From Rikenellaceae bacterium (lineage in GTDB: Bacteria > Bacteroidota > Bacteroidia > Bacteroidales > Rikenellaceae), in assembly GCA_044433805.1 (NCBI GenBank), contig JAWXTD010000004.1, forward strand, positions 418-64,417: a stretch of 64,000 bases of DNA. Direction: 5' to 3'. Below, piece after piece: positions 60,308 through 64,000 of this stretch (within the stretch, counting starts at the first letter, position 1; each line of letters begins with the position of its first letter). The notes beneath the pieces were generated by a model. It did no database searches, was not told the origin of the DNA, and saw only the letters and a list, made by a program, of their open reading frames with translations. The translations under genes and the position numbers were made by a program.

Positions 60308-61981
60308 TTAGATTCCAACAATTTGATCACTTGAAAGTGCAGATAGTTGAACAAGTCCTTTGTATGTATCAAGATATTCAGATGGAACTTGTACTAGAAT
60401 ATCTGTTGATACTGATTGGAATACGTTGCTCGATGATGCGTTCCAAGTCACATTGTCAGGATTCATCATCAATGTGATAGACTCAACACCGTTATATGAT
60501 TTCATACTAGAGAAGATTCCAGAACCCATAAATGTAACTCCAGCTGGGATAACAAGGTTTGGAACACATGTACTCTCGAAGCTCCAACTTCCAATATACT
60601 CAACACATGTTGGCAATGAAACATCCCACAAACTTGTACATCCCTCGAATACACTAGCATTAAGAGTAATTAGGTTGATTGGAAGAGAGACAGACTCAAG
60701 GTTTGTACAACGCTCAAATACATATCCATTGATTGTCTCGAATGCCATAGGGAAGATGAATGTTTTAAGGGTGTATGATGCTGCACATTTCTCCTCATCT
60801 TTATATGGGTTTGCAGAACCAGAAGTATCATCGCTATACAAGTAAGCAGGGATCTCAGCCGAAGTTGCAGTATATAGGTTTACATATGACAACACTGGGA
60901 ATGTGCGAGTGAACTCCATATCCTCTTGTGTGATAACGCCCGATAGAGTAAGGTGTGATACTTGAGTATAGTCAACGCCTGCAGCCGACATAGTATCCTC
61001 AAGGCTAGTGCCGCTAAGAGTGTAAGATACTTGCTTGTAAGCAGAGATTGCAACCGATGCATCGTAGCATTTTCCTGCCTCCATTGTGCTAGCAGTAATC
61101 GACATTGTAGCGTCAGCACCAGCATCGCCATCGGCAGTATCAACAGCAACAGTCCAAGTTGTGCCTGCTGCGATAGTTTGTGGAAGAACTGAAACGTATA
61201 CAACTAGAGTTCCGTCGCTACCAACAGTTGGGTCGTTAAGATATACGTAAATCTTGCTTAGAGTATCGTCCGATAGAACAGTCTCAGTAGCACCCGTTGC
61301 AGTGGTGATATTCAATGCTGCAGACTCTGGAGAGATTGCATCAGCCGAGAATGTTACATCCTCGATAACAGATCCTGCAACAAGACCAGAGATGGTAACT
61401 TTAACTGTTGCGCAAACATCGTTCAATGCCAACTCGCACTCGCCCTCTGTAAGGTCGGTAGCCTCTTTAGTTGTACCAAACATGATGTTGTTTTGGCGAA
61501 GAGAAGATTCGTCGAGAACGCCATCGGTGTAATATACATACTGCTTGTATGGCAACTCGTAAGTGTATGACACTTTCGATGAATCATCCTCTAGTTCGGT
61601 GAAGGTAAAGCCCTCAGCATAAGGATAGATAATGTGGTAGTACTCAGCAGATGTAACTGGAAGCAGACCTGCACTTAGAACAAATGAGTCGTACTTTGAA
61701 GAGTAAGAAATAGGAGTGATAACGTTTGCGCTGTTGATAACACCGATAATGTCGGTCTTATCTTCCCACGCACCCCACCAGTCGCTGCGGTCAGCCGTTA
61801 GAACTAGGCCATCGATAACCACATCGTCGTCGTCATCATCGTCGTCGTCATCGTCTGTAGTTCCTGATGGATCAACAGTCTCATCCTCTGTACATGAAGT
61901 CATCATCGCTGGAATCGAGATCATGATAGCTCCACATGCCACAAGCGATGTGAGCTTTCTAAAAAAACTTAGCTTTTTCAT
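60308..61981 (-). CDS. Surface lipoprotein: fimbrillin-like N domain + BspA-type LRR C domain, paralog 2
   Basis: MTSC-TEDE lipobox, 11-residue Asp tract; colinear with 58525..60201, sharing IPAYLYSDDTSGSANPYKD and ESTCVPNLVIPAGVTFMGSGIFSSMKSYNGV. Confidence 0.75.
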   Translation of the reverse strand: MKKLSFFRKLTSLVACGAIMISIPAMMTSCTEDETVDPSGTTDDDDDDDDDDDVVIDGLVLTADRSDWWGAWEDKTDIIGVINSANVITPISYSSKYDSFVLSAGLLPVTSAEYYHIIYPYAEGFTFTELEDDSSKVSYTYELPYKQYVYYTDGVLDESSLRQNNIMFGTTKEATDLTEGECELALNDVCATVKVTISGLVAGSVIEDVTFSADAISPESAALNITTATGATETVLSDDTLSKIYVYLNDPTVGSDGTLVVYVSVLPQTIAAGTTWTVAVDTADGDAGADATMSITASTMEAGKCYDASVAISAYKQVSYTLSGTSLEDTMSAAGVDYTQVSHLTLSGVITQEDMEFTRTFPVLSYVNLYTATSAEIPAYLYSDDTSGSANPYKDEEKCAASYTLKTFIFPMAFETINGYVFERCTNLESVSLPINLITLNASVFEGCTSLWDVSLPTCVEYIGSWSFESTCVPNLVIPAGVTFMGSGIFSSMKSYNGVESITLMMNPDNVTWNASSSNVFQSVSTDILVQVPSEYLDTYKGLVQLSALSSDQIVGI

Positions 61982-62046
61982 CTTCGTAAAATTTAATTAA
62001 TGTTTGTTAGTTAGTAATGTTAGTAATGTTAATATTGTTTGTCTCT

Positions 62047-63039
62047 TTATTTTACGTAATAGCCGCAATCTTGTGCCGATAGCCACGCCTTGACATTTGC
62101 TCGAGAGTCTAGGTAACCCAATGACTGCAGGAACTCGTGCGCAGCGGTCATCGCATAGTAAAAGTTCGATGCATCTTGCCCCGAGATGAAGTAGAATGAG
62201 TGTGGCTGGTCCTCGTAGATATGGAGATCGCAACGACCGCCCACCTCTTCGATTAATCGCTGATACTCATAGGCAACCTCGGTAGGAATCAGGTGATCTT
62301 GGTCGCCAACCATAAAAATCGATGGCGGAACTCCTTCACGCACATTATACATAGGTGAGAAATCTAGGTAATAATCCTTCACCCAAGAGTAATTGTAGCC
62401 AGTGTAAGCACCTTCAGTCTCGGGACCATTGCAGACAACCGGATTGAAGAGTATCGAGGCACAGGCATCGGTGCTGATCGAAAGATCGTCGGTCGACTCA
62501 TTAATGTTTGGTGTCATCGAGACCGCAGCGGCCATATGACCACCAACCGAACCACCACCCACGATAATCTTGTCGGGATCGATATTAAATCTATCGGCAT
62601 TAGCCCTTACGTATCTCACTGCCGATTTTGCATCCTGCAAAGATTTTTTTGGTGTGCTATCAGAAATCATATCTGTTGTTCGGTAGTTAATCAAGAAAAG
62701 CACTATGCCGTGCGATGCAAAATACTTTGCGTGATCTTCCATGGCTGTATTATCACCGTTGCACCATCCTCCGCCATGGATTAGGATCATTGCTACTCGC
62801 TGCTCGTCATCTTCGATGTCGTTTAGGTGCATGACATTCATATCTAACCTCAGCTCGTCGACATCTTTATAATATACCTTATATGAAGTCAATGTTGCAA
62901 CCGCCTCGGTCTGCTCCTCTACTTGCTCCTCAGAGTCGCTAGTAGATGCTGCATTGCTGCAAAACGAAAATAGCAACAACGAGGTCACAATTGCAAATTG
63001 CGCAATATAAAATGTGATATTTATTATATATGACTTCAT
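62047..63039 (-). CDS. Exported alpha/beta-hydrolase (putative carbohydrate esterase)
   Basis: HGGGW oxyanion motif, GGSVGG nucleophile elbow, GDQD...HSF; hydrophobic N-terminus with possible lipobox FSFC. Confidence 0.82.
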   Translation of the reverse strand: MKSYIINITFYIAQFAIVTSLLLFSFCSNAASTSDSEEQVEEQTEAVATLTSYKVYYKDVDELRLDMNVMHLNDIEDDEQRVAMILIHGGGWCNGDNTAMEDHAKYFASHGIVLFLINYRTTDMISDSTPKKSLQDAKSAVRYVRANADRFNIDPDKIIVGGGSVGGHMAAAVSMTPNINESTDDLSISTDACASILFNPVVCNGPETEGAYTGYNYSWVKDYYLDFSPMYNVREGVPPSIFMVGDQDHLIPTEVAYEYQRLIEEVGGRCDLHIYEDQPHSFYFISGQDASNFYYAMTAAHEFLQSLGYLDSRANVKAWLSAQDCGYYVK

Positions 63040-63067
63040 AACTTATTATTTAATTAAATTTTAACAC

Positions 63068-63083
63068 GTGTGTACGTACACAC
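63068..63083. promoter_or_regulatory. LacI-family operator O1 (perfect palindrome GTGTGTACGTACACAC)
   Basis: 16-bp perfect palindrome with central CG, 28 nt upstream of the first PUL gene, next to the LacI-family gene. Confidence 0.75.
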
Positions 63084-63155
63084 TAATTATTATTACACTT
63101 CTTATTAATTATTTTACATTTATCTTAGTTTTGTGTGCAATTAACATTGCAATAT

Positions 63156-63169
63156 TGTGTACGTGCACA
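63156..63169. promoter_or_regulatory. LacI-family operator O2 (TGTGTACGTGCACA)
   Basis: 13/14 match to the O1 core; centres 87 bp apart. Confidence 0.7.
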
Positions 63170-63186
63170 CAAGCGAATAAAAAAGA

Positions 63187-64000
63187 TTAAAACAGCGAGG
63201 AGCTATTTGCTTCAGCAGTTTTCTTATACAACTCCACATTCTCTTTTGTGATTATATCCAAAGGCATGATCGTTGTTTTTTCACTCGACACCTCTTGATA
63301 CATCAAATACTCAATCAACTTCTCGACAGCAAAGAATCCTTGAAAACTTGGCCTTTGCGAGATTACAAACTCGATTCCTCCTCTATTTATCTCTTTATAA
63401 TTACTCTCTGTTAAATCGACGCAAATCAACTTCATATCATCCACACCATGCTTTGCGAAGTAGTCAGCCAGAATATGTCCACGTGACGAGAGAACAATCG
63501 CACCCTTTACTTTTGGATTCTCCTCGAAGAAGTCGCCAATTAACTCAACATTCTCATCGGGATTAACTACCGAGAAGTCGACACTGTGGATTACAGTAGC
63601 TTTGCCCGTTTTATTGAAATACTCCATAAAACCCTCGCGACGCTCCATAGTTACAGTAGAGCCCTGATTACCTATACGCTTGGCTTTAAATAGAGCAAAT
63701 TCTGCATCACTGGGCGTAATGCTATCGATAAGCTTTGCAACTAGATAACCACAAGCGTGCTGATCGGTAGAGCAAGTGGCAATTGGATTGGAACCCTTGA
63801 CTGCCGAGTCGACATATATATATGGTATCGATTTGGCATCTAACGCTGAAGATAACTTCAGGGCGATATCGCTAAAGGTTGCTCCGATGATTACACCATC
63901 GGGCTCGGCCTCGACAACACTTTCAAATACGTCAATGCACGAATATAGATTAAATTGGTCATATTGATAGAATTGGCAATCCAAATCCACCATATTAAAT
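63187..64000 (-). CDS. LacI-family transcriptional regulator, C-terminal sugar-binding domain (5' end outside window)
   Basis: PDGVII, IPYIYVDS, GYLVAKL, ERREGF, FVISQRP..QG...V..L, MPLDIITKEN; frame stays open to the window edge. Confidence 0.82.
   Translation of the reverse strand, partial: FNMVDLDCQFYQYDQFNLYSCIDVFESVVEAEPDGVIIGATFSDIALKLSSALDAKSIPYIYVDSAVKGSNPIATCSTDQHACGYLVAKLIDSITPSDAEFALFKAKRIGNQGSTVTMERREGFMEYFNKTGKATVIHSVDFSVVNPDENVELIGDFFEENPKVKGAIVLSSRGHILADYFAKHGVDDMKLICVDLTESNYKEINRGGIEFVISQRPSFQGFFAVEKLIEYLMYQEVSSEKTTIMPLDIITKENVELYKKTAEANSSSLF

Noticed and set aside
61823-61855. Trinucleotide tract (also near 60049-60070) as a phase-variation repeat
   Set aside because: Mixed GAT/GAC codons for a poly-Asp linker; in frame, so it cannot switch expression.
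58525-61981. Paralog similarity considered as a DGR template/variable repeat or an invertible shufflon
   Set aside because: Differences are synonymous at all bases rather than adenine-specific, both copies are full genes in direct orientation, and there is no reverse transcriptase or recombinase in the window.
62011-62037. TTAGTAATG x2 plus a degenerate third copy upstream of paralog 2
   Set aside because: Too short and AT-rich to distinguish from chance or slippage.

Overview
A 64-kb window from a Bacteroidota chromosome, probably Bacteroidales or Rikenellaceae/Alistipes-like. This is inferred from the SusC/SusD pairs, TAnnTTTG promoters, DUF2795 and the Bacteroidales-type DnaE. It has three blocks. 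(1) 1-27.6 kb is housekeeping: dnaE, trxA, folP, coaE, malQ, secDF, truA, dapB, lepB, uvrA and others. (2) 27.6-37.6 kb starts at a perfect (GTTAGGA)x9.6 array. It holds an orphan wza-wzc-wzb(cpsB) polysaccharide export trio, transcribed divergently from an operon of signal-peptide-bearing PepC aminopeptidase, PqqD/RRE, NTP_transf_5 nucleotidyltransferase, ABC exporter, HPrK-like kinase and S24/S26 peptidase. That operon looks like a RiPP phospho-tailoring cassette with no cyclase and no precursor in cis, and it is the best candidate for an undescribed system. (3) 37.6-64 kb is a ~25-kb minus-strand uronic-acid PUL, probably LacI-controlled, with twin palindromic operators. It carries tandem SusC/D pairs, GH88, GH3, a DUF4955-like beta-helix lipoprotein, an esterase, two phosphoesterases, uxaC/uxuB and two paralogous fimbrillin-LRR surface lipoproteins. 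No rRNA, tRNA, CRISPR array, transposase or integrase was recognised. All calls come from motif recognition by eye; no database search was run.
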